Shown here piece by piece: positions 27,249-39,870 of a stretch of 64,000 bases of DNA; position 1 is the first letter of the stretch, and each line of letters begins with the position of its first letter. The position numbers and the translations under genes are program-made. Under the pieces are notes generated by a model. That model was not told the origin of the DNA. It made no database searches and worked only from the letters and a program-made list of their open reading frames with translations. Source of the stretch: Sporopachydermia quercuum (lineage: Eukaryota); the NCBI GenBank assembly GCA_001599295.1, contig BCGN01000004.1, positions 190,138 to 254,137 of the forward strand. Direction: 5' to 3'.

Positions 27249-28742
27249 ATGCTTTCTGGCAAAACAGGCTTGAGCCGAAGTTGGAGCGTAGTGAGAAATG
27301 GTACTCTCAATAAAAGGACAACGGTTCAACCGATTTCCATTGGCTTTATAGAGGTTTCAAGCCGATTGAAATCTACATGGGCCCAGAAAGTTGAGGAAGC
27401 ATCTCATATAGTAAATCCAAAGAAACTAGAAGATCCCTTCTCTATTGTTTCTCATGAGATGTCCTCTTTGGCNAAGAACATTGCATCACTAATTGGATCA
27501 GGACATCCTACATTAAATCGGGTGGGTGCATACTATTTCCAAACCGAAGGTAAGCATGTTAGACCATTGATAGTATTGCTATTATCAAAAGCATTAGATG
27601 CTATACCAGCAAATGAACATGATAGAGGTTCCAGAGACGAGTTCGATGTATTAGAACAAACTCCTTTGATTACACCGGAACCAAGTGTCAATGATAGCTT
27701 ATCACCATTAAGAATTTTGCATGGAATTAACCCAATGGTTATTCTAAATCCTTTATCTAAACCAATGGATATTTTACCGGAATTAGAAGAAGACAGAAAA
27801 AATGGAATACTGCCAAAGCAAAGAAGGTTGGCTGAGATTGTTGAAATGATTCATACTGCTTCTTTATTACATGATGACGTTATTGATAATAGTGATTCCC
27901 GCAGAGGTATGCCTAGTGGGAATATTGCATTCAGCAACAAAATGGCAATTCTAGCTGGCGATTTCTTGCTGGGAAGAGCTTCAGTTGCTATTGCAAGACT
28001 CAGAAATGCAGAAGTCATTGAATTGCTTTCTACTACTATTGCTAATCTAGTTGAAGGTGAATTCATGCAACTGAAAAACACTGTTGTAACTGCTGATTTA
28101 GATAAAGCTGAAGCTAAGCAGGCAAACGATTTTACTGAGCAACCACCTTTAAGTCAAACTGAGAATGCAGTACCAATTCCTGAAGCTGTAAAAAAACAAT
28201 TGAAGATCTCAGATGACAATTTGTCTCAAGATAAGAACCAAATTCAGATTAAAGGTGCATTTGAATATTACATTCACAAGACATATTTGAAAACAGCTTC
28301 TTTAATGAGTAAGTCTTGCAGAGCTGCAGCAGTTTTATCTGGTGTTAGAGATCCTATTGTTGATGCTAGTTATGAGTTTGGTAGAAATTTAGGATTATGT
28401 TTCCAAGTAGTTGATGATATGCTTGATTATATTATTCCTGAGGATGTCTTGGGTAAACCAGCAGGTGCAGATTTACAACTAGGCTTAGCTACAGCACCAG
28501 TATTGTTTGCATGGGAAAAATATCCTGAACTAGGAGAATTAATCAGAAGGAAGTTTTCTAAGGAAGGTGATGTTTTATTAGCTAGAAAGTTCGTTGAAAT
28601 GAGTGATGGTGTTAACAAGACAAGGGAACTAGCAAGGACTTTCCGAGATGAGGCATTAAGGAATTTGATGATGTTACCAAAATCTGATGCTCGTGATGCT
28701 TTGGAAGGATTAACAAAAGCTGTTTTAACTAGAAATAAATAG
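27249..28742 (+). CDS. COQ1: Polyprenyl diphosphate synthase for ubiquinone
   Basis: EMIHTASLLHDDVID, GDFLLGRA, YLKTASL, FQVVDD. First ATG at 27249 gives a presequence-like N-terminus. Confidence 0.95.
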   Translation: MLSGKTGLSRSWSVVRNGTLNKRTTVQPISIGFIEVSSRLKSTWAQKVEEASHIVNPKKLEDPFSIVSHEMSSLXKNIASLIGSGHPTLNRVGAYYFQTEGKHVRPLIVLLLSKALDAIPANEHDRGSRDEFDVLEQTPLITPEPSVNDSLSPLRILHGINPMVILNPLSKPMDILPELEEDRKNGILPKQRRLAEIVEMIHTASLLHDDVIDNSDSRRGMPSGNIAFSNKMAILAGDFLLGRASVAIARLRNAEVIELLSTTIANLVEGEFMQLKNTVVTADLDKAEAKQANDFTEQPPLSQTENAVPIPEAVKKQLKISDDNLSQDKNQIQIKGAFEYYIHKTYLKTASLMSKSCRAAAVLSGVRDPIVDASYEFGRNLGLCFQVVDDMLDYIIPEDVLGKPAGADLQLGLATAPVLFAWEKYPELGELIRRKFSKEGDVLLARKFVEMSDGVNKTRELARTFRDEALRNLMMLPKSDARDALEGLTKAVLTRNK

Positions 28743-31317
28743 TCATGACTATTTCTATGTATAATATGAGAGAAATATGATACTTTACTATGTATATGCA
28801 TGGAGTTAGATGGTGATAGATTGAGAAGTTAAGCATGAAGTATATATGCTGGTGATGTGAATTACTAGTGTTTTCTGTTTATTATTTGTATATAGATTAT
28901 TATAAGACATTAAGAAAGAACTATTATTCCTTAAATTTGATATATCTTGTAGGATTACTTGACCAGTGAAGAAAAGATAGAATATATAAAATACTGGAAA
29001 TTGTACATGTGACTTTTTTTCCTAATACATGATAGTGCATGAACCTCTAGCCATTTGGATAGGTACAATGGACTTAAAGCTTCATGATATCAGTTATGAA
29101 GTCAATTTTTACAATGAAACCAAACATTTGAAAGCACGTTAAACATTAGGGGAAAATGTATACTGTTCGCATTTGAGCACAGATTTTTGAGTAGCGTTTA
29201 AATGAAGAAGGTATAGAGTTAAGTCGGGCTTCATGTTGTGACTAGCCGTGAGTCAAATACATGAAACTGAACAAAGTTTGCTGATGGTGTATGTTGGACG
29301 CATTCCGCTAACTTACAAGCGAGAGATAGCATTATGCAATTAGAAGTAACTAAATGCAGAAATTTCATTGTATTCGAGAGGTTAAGCATTCAACCTAAGA
29401 CAGTGATTTCACTGTAAATAGGTGTTAGGAAATTCTAAGATGAAATAGTGAAGCTCCGACAGTTACAGTATATTGCTTCTGCATATTTATGCATGTAGAT
29501 TGTTTCCTATGATCAACCCAACTGTCCTTCGGAAGTACCACAAAAATGTACTATACGATTAAATCAAAGAGTTTTGACAGCTTATTTCATTGCCCTTTTC
29601 CCACAGCTGGCTTAACGATATTTAATCTTTATAGGAATTTGTACACTCCATAGGAGGAACTAATCATTTGTTAATAATTAATTCCTTCAGGTTTTTTAAA
29701 CCGGTAATGCACGTCTATGCAGTGAGGGTAAACAGAACTCATGATGTCATCAAGCATTTACCTTGCATGAAGATAGTAAATCTTTTGAAACTGAATGAAA
29801 GAATTGTTCAAAGGATAAGGCTACGTTCGATAAATTATCAATTATACAACAAGAATAATTTAATTTAAATCATTAAATATGTTTAGTAAATCTTGAGGAG
29901 GGTTCTTTTCAACAGGAGCACTTGATTGTCCTACTTGATTGTTCTACTTGCATTGCCCCTTTAGCTTATCTATCATGTGCATATCATGATAAATTCTCTG
30001 AATTCTCCTAACAGCGAAATATACTCTGTTTTTAAATGGGCCCAACGATCTTGAAATTTAGTATGGTACCCTGGAGAAGAATATTAATTTTTTGTTGCTG
30101 TAGCTGTTTCGGACCATTTGTTTGGTAAACCAGAACCGGAGCAGGAAGGTACAACAAGGTTATTATAATATATTCTGGAAGATATTCATGCAGAGTGTAT
30201 GCATGATAATAAGGTTGGACATTATCTATACCATTACATGTGTTTTCCTTTGAACTTCACCTCAGGTCAAATCCTCTAGACGATTCTTCTCATTCCAAGC
30301 TATCATTGAGATATCCAAGTAAATATAAAATCATAAAACGTAAACGAACCATAAATGCCAACTCACATCTATAAAATCATCCCAGAATACCCAAAATCCA
30401 CTTTTCCAAGTCCTTAAACAGCAAAAACCTAACCATTCATTCTAATCTCCAGTTAACGCCCCCTCTTCCTAAACACACTCATTCTCTGCAAAATCCGCAT
30501 ATACTCGCATACTCCTTTCCAAACTTAATCCTCTACGGACAAATGCTCTGTGTAGCCAGAATTCCTACATTTATTTCTAAGCTTACAACAAACAGCTAGT
30601 TTACTGTTCGTATCGCCATGACTACTGCTTCTATGGTATGCTCTCTATGTTTGTAAAGGAATGAATTATAAGTGTACATTATATCGAAGCGAATGCTTTG
30701 ACAAGAGTTTGGGAAAAAAGAAGTCAGTTTTGTAGTTTTGAGAGAAAAACCCTTGTTTTTTTTTATTCTAGAAGAAAAGCAACAAGAGAGAAAGAAGGTA
30801 GTGAGACAACTGACAGGACAGGACAAGTATAACTATTGGTACTGATACCAAGTAGTAGATATAGTAAACTATTAGATTTATATATCTGTTGTTTGGTATT
30901 GCTTGATCTTGATAGTGAGTGGTCGGTTACGTGTATATCATTCGTACAGTGCGAGATAACAGGATAAACAACTCTGTAGAGTCAGGTTTATTGAAGCTGG
31001 TTCAAACGGTGACACACGATCACTACCCGTATTTATTTTCCTGGTCATAATATACGTGATATCTTATGTTATGCAACAGGAGGAGCTATTTCAGCGTTCA
31101 TCATATAACTTTGAGATCCCAGAGGACAAACAGCAGAGAATAAACAACAGACTTAGCAGCATAACAGCGTTGTCAGCAACTGATATATTAACAACATAGA
31201 CAACCACAACTGACNGTTATCGCACTGCTATTCTCTCCTTTCAAGAAGATAAACATACATACATACATATATTTATCATATTAATCATTCAAATTCTTCT
31301 TCAAATCCTCATTTAAA

Positions 31318-33246
31318 ATGTCATCTTCAAATATATCGACAGCTGCAACAACTGCAGGAAGCAGTTCCAATGACTTTGTCAGGAAACTATTCACAATGCT
31401 CGAAGACGAAACATACAATAAAATCGTTAGATGGACTCCTTTGGGTGATAGCTTTGTTGTCATTGATACAAACGACTTCACAAGAGACATCCTACCAAGA
31501 CATTTCAAGCACAGCAATTTTGCCTCCTTTGTCCGGCAGCTGAATAAATACGATTTCCATAAAGTGAAAGTGCCAAATGAAGAGAAAGGGAAGTATGGCG
31601 ATGGTGCTTGGGAATTCAGACATCCAGAGTTCAGAATTGGTAATAAGGACTCTTTGGATGGCATAAAAAGGAAAGGACCTATACAGAAGAAATATACAGT
31701 GGAAGACCCAAGTATAGGAAAAACAGTAGCTAGATTAAAGGAAGAGGTGAAATTATTGAAGACAAGCAATGCGCAACTAAGCAGTAAACTGAAAAACTTG
31801 TCGATGGACTACCAAAACGTCCTGGAGAGTATAATCCAGCTGAAAAGCAGCAATGATGTCTATGACCAGTTTTTCAAAGCAGTGGCTCCTTTTTTCGCTT
31901 CTCAAGGTATAAATGTACCTATAATGGCTGCGCTTCCCAGGAATTCTGCTGGGGGGACAATCAATACTGTGGGTGTGGGAAACGGTAGCAACCTTAGTAA
32001 CAACAGCAATACGAGCACTAATAATAGCAATAGCAGCAACACTAATAATCCCCTGAACTCCAATAGCCACATCAAAACTGAAATGACCAAACTACAATCT
32101 CTGGCTAGTGTAGCAGATGCTCATGCCCCTCCAATACAGCATCAGATATCACCAGGACAGCATAGTCAACAGATCCAGGACTATTCTCCGCTATCAACAA
32201 ACGCATTGGACAAATCACCAAGAGCCAGCATACCAAGTGATGTGTCTAATAACTTTGTTACAACTGACTCACCATTACCATCATTAGCGCCGTTGACACC
32301 TATGGCACCAATGGCACCAGTGTCACCTTTGAATGCTGCTTTGAATGCCCCTATGAACGGTCCAATTAATGGCCCAATGAATGGTCCTTTGCCCGGAGGA
32401 AACTCAGGAGGGTCTAATGCTACTAGCAGTAGCGCCACAACAGCAGCAGCAACTCCAGGAACCATTATTGCCAATAACACATCAATAGCAAGCTCTAATG
32501 CTCCCAATCTTAGCTCTGGGGATCGTAAATTCAGAGTTCTACTGGTAGAAGATGATACTGTGTGTATCCAGCTTTGTAGAAGATTCCTCATGAAGTATGG
32601 ATGCACTGTTGATGTAGTAAATGATGGTTTGTCAGCAATCACTCTTGTTGAAAACGACAAATTTGACTTGGTGCTTATGGATATTGTTATGCCTAATTTA
32701 GACGGTGCTTCTGCTACCTCTGTCATTAGACACTTTGACTGTGAGACCCCTATTATTGCTATGACTGGTAATATCCAGGATTCAGATCTAGTTACCTATT
32801 TACAACATGGAATGAGTGATATCCTGGCCAAACCTTTCACAAAAGATGACCTCTATTCAATGCTTGAAAAGCATTTGATGAGAAAGAAGTCAATATCTGT
32901 TAACGGTGGTCCCGGGCCTGTTCCGGTCCCAGTTGCTGGTAACAACGATAACAGTAATATCAATAATAGTAATTCTATCAATACAGTTGGTAATATGAGA
33001 ACAGGATCAGAAGGACATATAGCAAGAGGAAGAGATCCAGCAGAACCAGTGCTGATGAATAACAGTTCTAGGAATGGTAGCCATGCCAATAGTAATGGCA
33101 ATAGCAATAATAGTACTGGCAATAATAATAGTAATTCTAACGGTAATAACGTGAATGATCCGAGTATCTATAATGTTGGAAACATGATAAATATGATGCA
33201 ACCTATTGAAGTGGCGTATCCTCAGAAGAAACAGAGAATCAACTGA
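31318..33246 (+). CDS. SKN7: HSF-domain response regulator transcription factor
   Basis: HFKHSNFASFVRQLNKYDFHKV, a coiled coil, and a receiver domain LLVEDD...LMDIVMPNLDG...AKPF. Confidence 0.95.
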   Translation: MSSSNISTAATTAGSSSNDFVRKLFTMLEDETYNKIVRWTPLGDSFVVIDTNDFTRDILPRHFKHSNFASFVRQLNKYDFHKVKVPNEEKGKYGDGAWEFRHPEFRIGNKDSLDGIKRKGPIQKKYTVEDPSIGKTVARLKEEVKLLKTSNAQLSSKLKNLSMDYQNVLESIIQLKSSNDVYDQFFKAVAPFFASQGINVPIMAALPRNSAGGTINTVGVGNGSNLSNNSNTSTNNSNSSNTNNPLNSNSHIKTEMTKLQSLASVADAHAPPIQHQISPGQHSQQIQDYSPLSTNALDKSPRASIPSDVSNNFVTTDSPLPSLAPLTPMAPMAPVSPLNAALNAPMNGPINGPMNGPLPGGNSGGSNATSSSATTAAATPGTIIANNTSIASSNAPNLSSGDRKFRVLLVEDDTVCIQLCRRFLMKYGCTVDVVNDGLSAITLVENDKFDLVLMDIVMPNLDGASATSVIRHFDCETPIIAMTGNIQDSDLVTYLQHGMSDILAKPFTKDDLYSMLEKHLMRKKSISVNGGPGPVPVPVAGNNDNSNINNSNSINTVGNMRTGSEGHIARGRDPAEPVLMNNSSRNGSHANSNGNSNNSTGNNNSNSNGNNVNDPSIYNVGNMINMMQPIEVAYPQKKQRIN

Positions 33247-36048
33247 GGAAATGGATGAAGGAAATGGATTAGTATGAGTTGAAACAAAAGGCTGGATTCA
33301 TAGAAATAGTTTATGCGTGATAGCCAATTCTGTTAGATATATATATTCATACTAAACTCATAACAGTATACTGGGCATTGGTTTTTACTCGTTTATAATG
33401 AAACAACAGCTGAGTAAGCGCGAATCAGCAAATCAGCAAATGAGAGATACCTAGCAAATTTCTTATAGTAATAGCTTCTCTGCTGTTCTGACATGAAATA
33501 TCGGATTCCTTGTCATCAGTGCTCTTTCTTNATATTCTCATTTACCTCCAATTCCTATACATTTTGATTTGCCTTCCTATTTTCCATTTAGAACCGCTGG
33601 GTAGTCAACTGATAGATCGAAGACAGGCAGCCTCGATAGCGAAAATGGGACTTTACTGCAAGTGCGAACTGCTCAACAAGTCAATTGTTCAATTTATCCT
33701 CCNNGGTATCGAACCTAATAAAAATGAAGACTCACTTAGATCATTTAAATTAATGAATGTTCATTTCATGTTCTAAATGTATGTTGTTCTTAAGAATCAT
33801 GAGGCTTATGCTACGTTATCACGGTATTGAAGGTGTTGTCTTCTCTATAATAATTACTAGGTAAACAAGTGTTTACCTCCCAAATGTTGGGTGTATATTT
33901 TTGTATTAGTAGTTAATGTATGTTATTATGCTTAGTTTCCACTGATTTGCCAAATGTCGTAATCATGGATAAATGGGTGCTATGCTTGCTGTGCTTGCTA
34001 GAGTTCGTTCATACTGCTGATATTAGATGTCCGTTGGAGCATAGAAAAATGATGAAAAACCGACTCGGATAAACTTCAATAATATATCCTTTATATTAAT
34101 ATGATTTATATTCGTTCTGGCTGGTTTCATTGTTGATGTAAAATATCTTCTCAAGGTTAATCCATATTAATAGTGCTGTTTCAGGCTGTTGGGACTAAAG
34201 GATGTGCCAACAGAAGAGCCAACAGAATTATAAGCCGAATAAGCCCTGATTTGAGCCCGTTACTTGCTGATTATGAGATGGTTTTGATATATTATATGAA
34301 CCGGTTATGAACCTGATATGAACCTGATATGCTGAAGTACATCAAATACCTTTACCAAAGTACACTCCTGGGAGCTAAGAGACACGAGTNAGAAGCATTA
34401 TCAACGGTGGGAATGGGAAAACTAGTCAAAATGCCCATGGGTTTTGCTTAGGCTTAGATGATGAGAGCAAGCTGGTGCGTATTATATGAATTCGATAGAT
34501 TTGGTGAACCAATTGAATTAGATTCATGGGAGAACAAAGAAAGAAGGTAGATTTAGATGGAATATTATTATTTCGGCTTGTTGGCCATGCTTTGTGGGAA
34601 CTTATTGCTTAAAGAGCATTCTTTTGGTTGAGGGTTTATCGTATAGAAATAAGTAGAAACTATCCACTGTGTTGTTGGTAAGTATAGAAATATATGTATA
34701 TATTTATTATCCCTGAAAGGCAGGCATGTCCTGCCATTGTTATCGCATGCCATGTTGAACTACTAAATATTGCTAAATTCTGCTCTGCGCTGAAAAAAGC
34801 TAGATATTCTCTTGAGTTTGCACAAATAGCTATTTACTGAATACTCTATTCCACTTACACCTGCCCAGTATGGTAGACTGAACAGATGTAATAGATAATA
34901 AATAAGTAAATAAATAAGAGAGATAAAATTGCATAGAATATGGCGATGAGTATATAAACCTACGAATGTACGAACCATGCTTTATTTCGGTCTGGTTTAT
35001 TTCGCTATGAGTTTTGTATGCCATAAAGCCCTTAGAATTCAAAGTAAAGTGATATAGACCATATAGCACATATAGCATATATTTGTGATCGCCAGGTGTA
35101 ATAAATATGACCCAAAATTATTAGTTTATTACTTTTTATTACCTTTCATAATAACAATAGTCTTGATAATGATTGTTATTCCAACAGCAGTACAACTATA
35201 GCAAAGGCTTCAACAGTTCATACTGACTGTGCTTGTCTTCGTTGGGTGATTTGCAGAGATACCTTTCCTCCAGCGTACCAGAACAACTAAGAATCAAAAT
35301 AAAATAAAAATAAAAAAGATAAAATTAAGGCAACCTACACATCAACCAACTTCAATGAACATATTTCAAAGATCAACCAAATCTCTGTCAGCGGTAAGTC
35401 TGGCTGTTACAGCAAGACAGAATTCTTCTGCACTATCGCCAGTAAATATGTTGTGGATATCTGCTTTTTTTCTCCTTCTGTTTGAATATTACTCTGTTAA
35501 TGATTAAGCACCCGTCTTAGATTAATCCCTAAAAATACTATAAGATTTAGGATATTGTAGATTCACTCTATAGCTTTCTAGCTGAAAGTCCTGATTGTAG
35601 TTATAAGGACTTATTTACATAACGGTATAACGGCATAATAGCATACATTTATTGCTATTCACACTATTCGTAATACTCATCTCATTCCAACAATTAACCA
35701 TTCCCAAGCATCAGATGAATAAAATGCTGTAGCATCTGATCTAATATAATATGATGTAACGTAATGCACTTTGTATATCTGCACAGGCAGGCAGGAATAG
35801 TTGCAGTATGCTGGTTTAAATAGCATTAAATGACCTTGTTTGACAACTTCTTTGAAGGGATCATTTCATATTGTATTGTATATCCTCATATTAAACGGCA
35901 GGTCTACCATTAAATCTTCTCTACATCTTCCTCAGTTATCATATTCATACAGATTAGAAGCTCTGAAAAACCAGTAAATTCTCTGGTATGTTCATAGTTC
36001 TCTTGGCATTAGATTGACTATATTAATTCATAATCGCATCGAGAAATC

Positions 36049-37563
36049 CTATTCATTCAAAACAACAGGTTCTTCATCAAAACGAACCGATTTCCTCCGT
36101 TGACGTTCACCAGTTTCTGGAACTATCTCAAACTCTTCTTCAGCACTTAAAACATCCTTCCGGAACTGTTGGATCGAACTTAATGCTTCCTCGGGCGATT
36201 TGAACATCTCCAGGGTTTCGGGAGCAATAGGAATAGCAACTGGAGTGCTTTTAGTCGACAAATTAACATCAACAGCAGATCCTGCAGTAGATGGTGTAGC
36301 AGACGGTGCGTTTAAACCAGTTACAGCATTNATACTTGTAGCAGCAGCAGTATTAGTAGGATTAACAGTAGAATTGCTGTTAATACTAGCAATGGCAGCA
36401 CCACCCTTCTCTTCCGTCTTACATCTATTACAGTTACATATAAATCCCCAATTGACTCTCAAATCGTTTTTCCGCTTCACAACAGTACTTTTAGGATTGA
36501 CATAGCACGTGGTAAGCTCCTCATTAGCAGCAATAACTCTCTTAGTTACTACTTCAATTCCATTCACTCTGGCAAGGAACTTCACATCAACATTACAGTC
36601 GCAGGCATGATTCAAATGTGACTGCACTTTGAAAATACTTCCATCAACATTGTTAATGTTGAAAGCTCCTAAATCATGCAAATAGGTATCATAGCTGTAA
36701 TCAGGCGTGTCAGATTCACTGTTGCTGCTATTAGTAACTAATCCGGGGACAGCTTTCAGTAGTAAAGCATAACCTTGCTTCCATAGATTCTCGGTCTGTT
36801 CAGCAGCCAGAGGAGCATCATTCACAGCTTTCTGCCGCACAGCTTGAGATACTCTTGCCATTGATTCAAAGAATTTCAGTTTTTCTTCATCTTTCAAACA
36901 GGTTATCCTGATATAAGCTACAGCGTAAGCTGCCATCCATTGATTCACTATACAGAAGTCTTCATAGGCAACGAGATCTTGATGGCTTACAAGCACACCT
37001 TTATTATTCTTGCTAGAGGAATGATGGGAATGGTACATTGTTGCGTGGATTTTATCACTTTTCCTGCATTTCGTGTTACACCACCGTGCACTGCAGTTAT
37101 TGCAGTCAATACTCAATAGCTTTGATTGAAAGGACCTAGCACAGAATGTACATGCCATAGCTTTACGAATCAAAGAAATATGGTCCAAAGGCGGAACCAA
37201 AAACATAGCTTCTTCTTTCCACAGCGTAGTGTTTTCTGGTATCGTTTTCACAGCTATTAAACCATTTCCTTTGGATTTACTGAATTTCTGTAGCCGTATG
37301 CTTTGTGGTAGCTCGGGTAGATCTATTGGTGATGACTTGATCTCGCTAGCATATGTGAACAAAGGAGCATTCAATTGTAAGCCGTAGGACTTCAACAACG
37401 ATTTCAGCCGTTTTTCTGATAGCTGCCATGTTGGATTTCTTTGTCGGATCAGCCCATGAAGTTTGCCAATGCCCAGCAGTTCNGTAGCTGGGTCCTCCTT
37501 CCACAGAGCGATGACTGCGGACACTACTTCTCTTTCATGAGGAGTAACGCTAGGAGCACTCAT
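36049..37563 (-). CDS. SET5: SET/MYND histone lysine methyltransferase
   Basis: KGNGL, MYND-type Cys pairs, SHLNHAC, WGFICNCNRC, C-terminal RRKSVRFDE. Likely start MSAPSVTP at 37563 (an upstream in-frame ATG is at 37632). Adjacent to SKN7. Confidence 0.88.
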   Translation of the reverse strand: MSAPSVTPHEREVVSAVIALWKEDPAXELLGIGKLHGLIRQRNPTWQLSEKRLKSLLKSYGLQLNAPLFTYASEIKSSPIDLPELPQSIRLQKFSKSKGNGLIAVKTIPENTTLWKEEAMFLVPPLDHISLIRKAMACTFCARSFQSKLLSIDCNNCSARWCNTKCRKSDKIHATMYHSHHSSSKNNKGVLVSHQDLVAYEDFCIVNQWMAAYAVAYIRITCLKDEEKLKFFESMARVSQAVRQKAVNDAPLAAEQTENLWKQGYALLLKAVPGLVTNSSNSESDTPDYSYDTYLHDLGAFNINNVDGSIFKVQSHLNHACDCNVDVKFLARVNGIEVVTKRVIAANEELTTCYVNPKSTVVKRKNDLRVNWGFICNCNRCKTEEKGGAAIASINSNSTVNPTNTAAATSXNAVTGLNAPSATPSTAGSAVDVNLSTKSTPVAIPIAPETLEMFKSPEEALSSIQQFRKDVLSAEEEFEIVPETGERQRRKSVRFDEEPVVLNE

Positions 37564-38910
37564 TTCAAACGGTATGCTGGAAGTAAAGAAAGAAGGAATT
37601 AGTGACGTTTGTAAATGACAACTAGAGGACAACTAGTCGTTTTGCAGCGGAAATAGGACTAGATTTCTGGTGAAAAAAGGGTGAATTGGGAGTCAGGAGA
37701 CCCAAGGATATGATAATTGAAAATTTTGTAGACGAATTGCGGAGAAGATTATAAGTGAATGTTGAGATTTTGTTTATGATGACGTGATATGAAATTTGGG
37801 ATTTATACAAGATATTTCATGGTAATTTAGGTGAATTTGTAGAGGGTTGTTCTCAAGAATATGATGATATGGAGAAAGATACAATAAATGGGTAGGAATA
37901 TGAAAACGGAATTAAATATTATTAGAAATTCTGGAAGAATAAATTATTAGACTAGAATACCATTCAGGCAAAAGTTTAGTAGTGAAAATCGTCGCTAGGA
38001 ATTAATAGTCGAAAAGCGTTAGATTCNAATACATTATGCATGAAGAGATGGTTCAGCAACATAATGCATTAATCTGCATAGTGTCAAACTTTAAATTTAT
38101 TCTTCATTCTCGTTACTTTCCGTTCAACGCTTTGATTTTGCATTCTTCCAACTCAAAGTACAACTAGGAGTACTCTTAATTATTATTCAAGGTCAAGTTC
38201 AACTCCCTCTGCATGCAAAAGAGAGGCAAAGCAAATGTATGGTCGATTTCCCGCTTCCAAACCTCGGCTATTTCATGTACCAAAAATGCTTTGGAACAGC
38301 CCCCGCATGTTATATTAGAAATATCGGAAATCATTGCATAATGAGTCTCTTCTACTCAACAAAAGGATTCAGAGCACCAGTATCCCAAATAGCTTTACTA
38401 TCTCTGATTTCCATTCAAAAGCCCAAGTATCTAACTCAGAGCTTCATACATTTTCTATTAATACCTCCCAAAGCTCTTCTTTTTCTCTCAAATCTAATAA
38501 ATNCTCAAATACCTTTCTTCGTTTTACAGACCATTATTTCCGATATATTGCCAATTTTCCTTTTCTAAACCTTAATTACCCAACTATCTCCCATGTTCCC
38601 CTCTTCCCCAGTTTCTCCCGATCGGAGCAANCGTTACCCATTTGGCACAAATAAATCAACCACAATTGTTATCGCTGTTCTTTTCTTCCTCTCTGTTTCT
38701 TCTAACGAAAAGGGCTTTCTCTTATTGCTATAAGAACAAATGGTATACTACAAAACCATCTATAGAATCTTATATTGCAGAGTTTGCTGTAGATTAGCGT
38801 GTTAAAGGGCAGTTATCTTACTACGTGAAGTTCAATTCCTGGTGCACATTTCGAACTTCTGAATAGAAAGCGAACTGACTATACCACTGCTTTGTGATAA
38901 TTATCCGACA

Positions 38911-39870
38911 ATGTATCGTGTCCGACTGGCCCACGGAATCTATTTCCGAAACTCGGCAGTATTTCCGTTCAGAGATTCAATCCGAAACTCTTTCCGCATT
39001 CAGTTCCGAAGTTTCAGATCAAGCCGTTTCCACTCAAATGAGAGCAAACCTAAGCAGTCTTTTATCGATAAACTACTGTTTGACGGAATCCCCAAGAATA
39101 ACAGGCTAGATCGCCGAAGCCGTCTTTTTATGTATGCTTTTTTCACATTCTTAGGAGCTTTTACAGCAAGCCAGGTTCCTTTTTATAAGATCTTTGATAT
39201 GTTGCGCGAATCGCATCCCGTGCCGGGTTCTTTTGATGAAAGAGCTTACCAGGCAAATCTAGAACGGAAACTGGAGAACGTAGCAATAGTTCGCAAGCTG
39301 GGCGAGAATGAAAACTACAGTCTTGTGAAACCATGGGAAGATATCACTGAGCAGAAAGTGCTCAAAAAATCTCTTATCAGCGGCGCGTTGAGTACTTCCG
39401 GTGCAATTCCTATCAAGCCCTTGGTGTTTCGGGATGAAAAGAACAAGCGCGAAACAGTTGTAATTTATGCTGGTAGAAAGCTATCTAGCTATCCTTTTAT
39501 TGTTCATGGGGGAATTTTGGCTACACTAGTCGATGAAGTAATGGCAGCAACAGGGGCTATTGCTGTTGGAAAAGAAAAATGGAATAAAACACTAGAGCTA
39601 CGGTACCACGCCCCATCAAGAGTAGGACAATTTTTGGTTATCAGTGGAGAAGTGGTAAAGGAGGAAATCGTTGATGGAGTTCCTGTAGCCACTGTCACAG
39701 GAAAAATAGAGTCTCAAGACGGGAAACTGTTGGTATCAGCCAAAGGACGTGTTGTTAGTACAAAAAATGAGGATAAAATAAAGACAGGATTTGNTATTAA
39801 TGATAAAACCAATACAGGTGGATTTTCTAGTTGGGTAAGATGGTTTTCAGTTGGGCTAATAAAGGCATAA
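38911..39870 (+). CDS. FMP10: Mitochondrial hotdog-fold thioesterase-like protein
   Basis: Arg-rich presequence, one TM segment, YPFIVHGGILATLVDE. Convergent with FAU1 as in S. cerevisiae. Confidence 0.75.
   Translation: MYRVRLAHGIYFRNSAVFPFRDSIRNSFRIQFRSFRSSRFHSNESKPKQSFIDKLLFDGIPKNNRLDRRSRLFMYAFFTFLGAFTASQVPFYKIFDMLRESHPVPGSFDERAYQANLERKLENVAIVRKLGENENYSLVKPWEDITEQKVLKKSLISGALSTSGAIPIKPLVFRDEKNKRETVVIYAGRKLSSYPFIVHGGILATLVDEVMAATGAIAVGKEKWNKTLELRYHAPSRVGQFLVISGEVVKEEIVDGVPVATVTGKIESQDGKLLVSAKGRVVSTKNEDKIKTGFXINDKTNTGGFSSWVRWFSVGLIKA

Noticed and set aside
31281..33201. Antisense ORFs within SKN7 (and similar ones within CRM1, COQ1, MDH, SET5)
   Set aside because: Fully nested opposite conserved genes, with no recognisable motifs.
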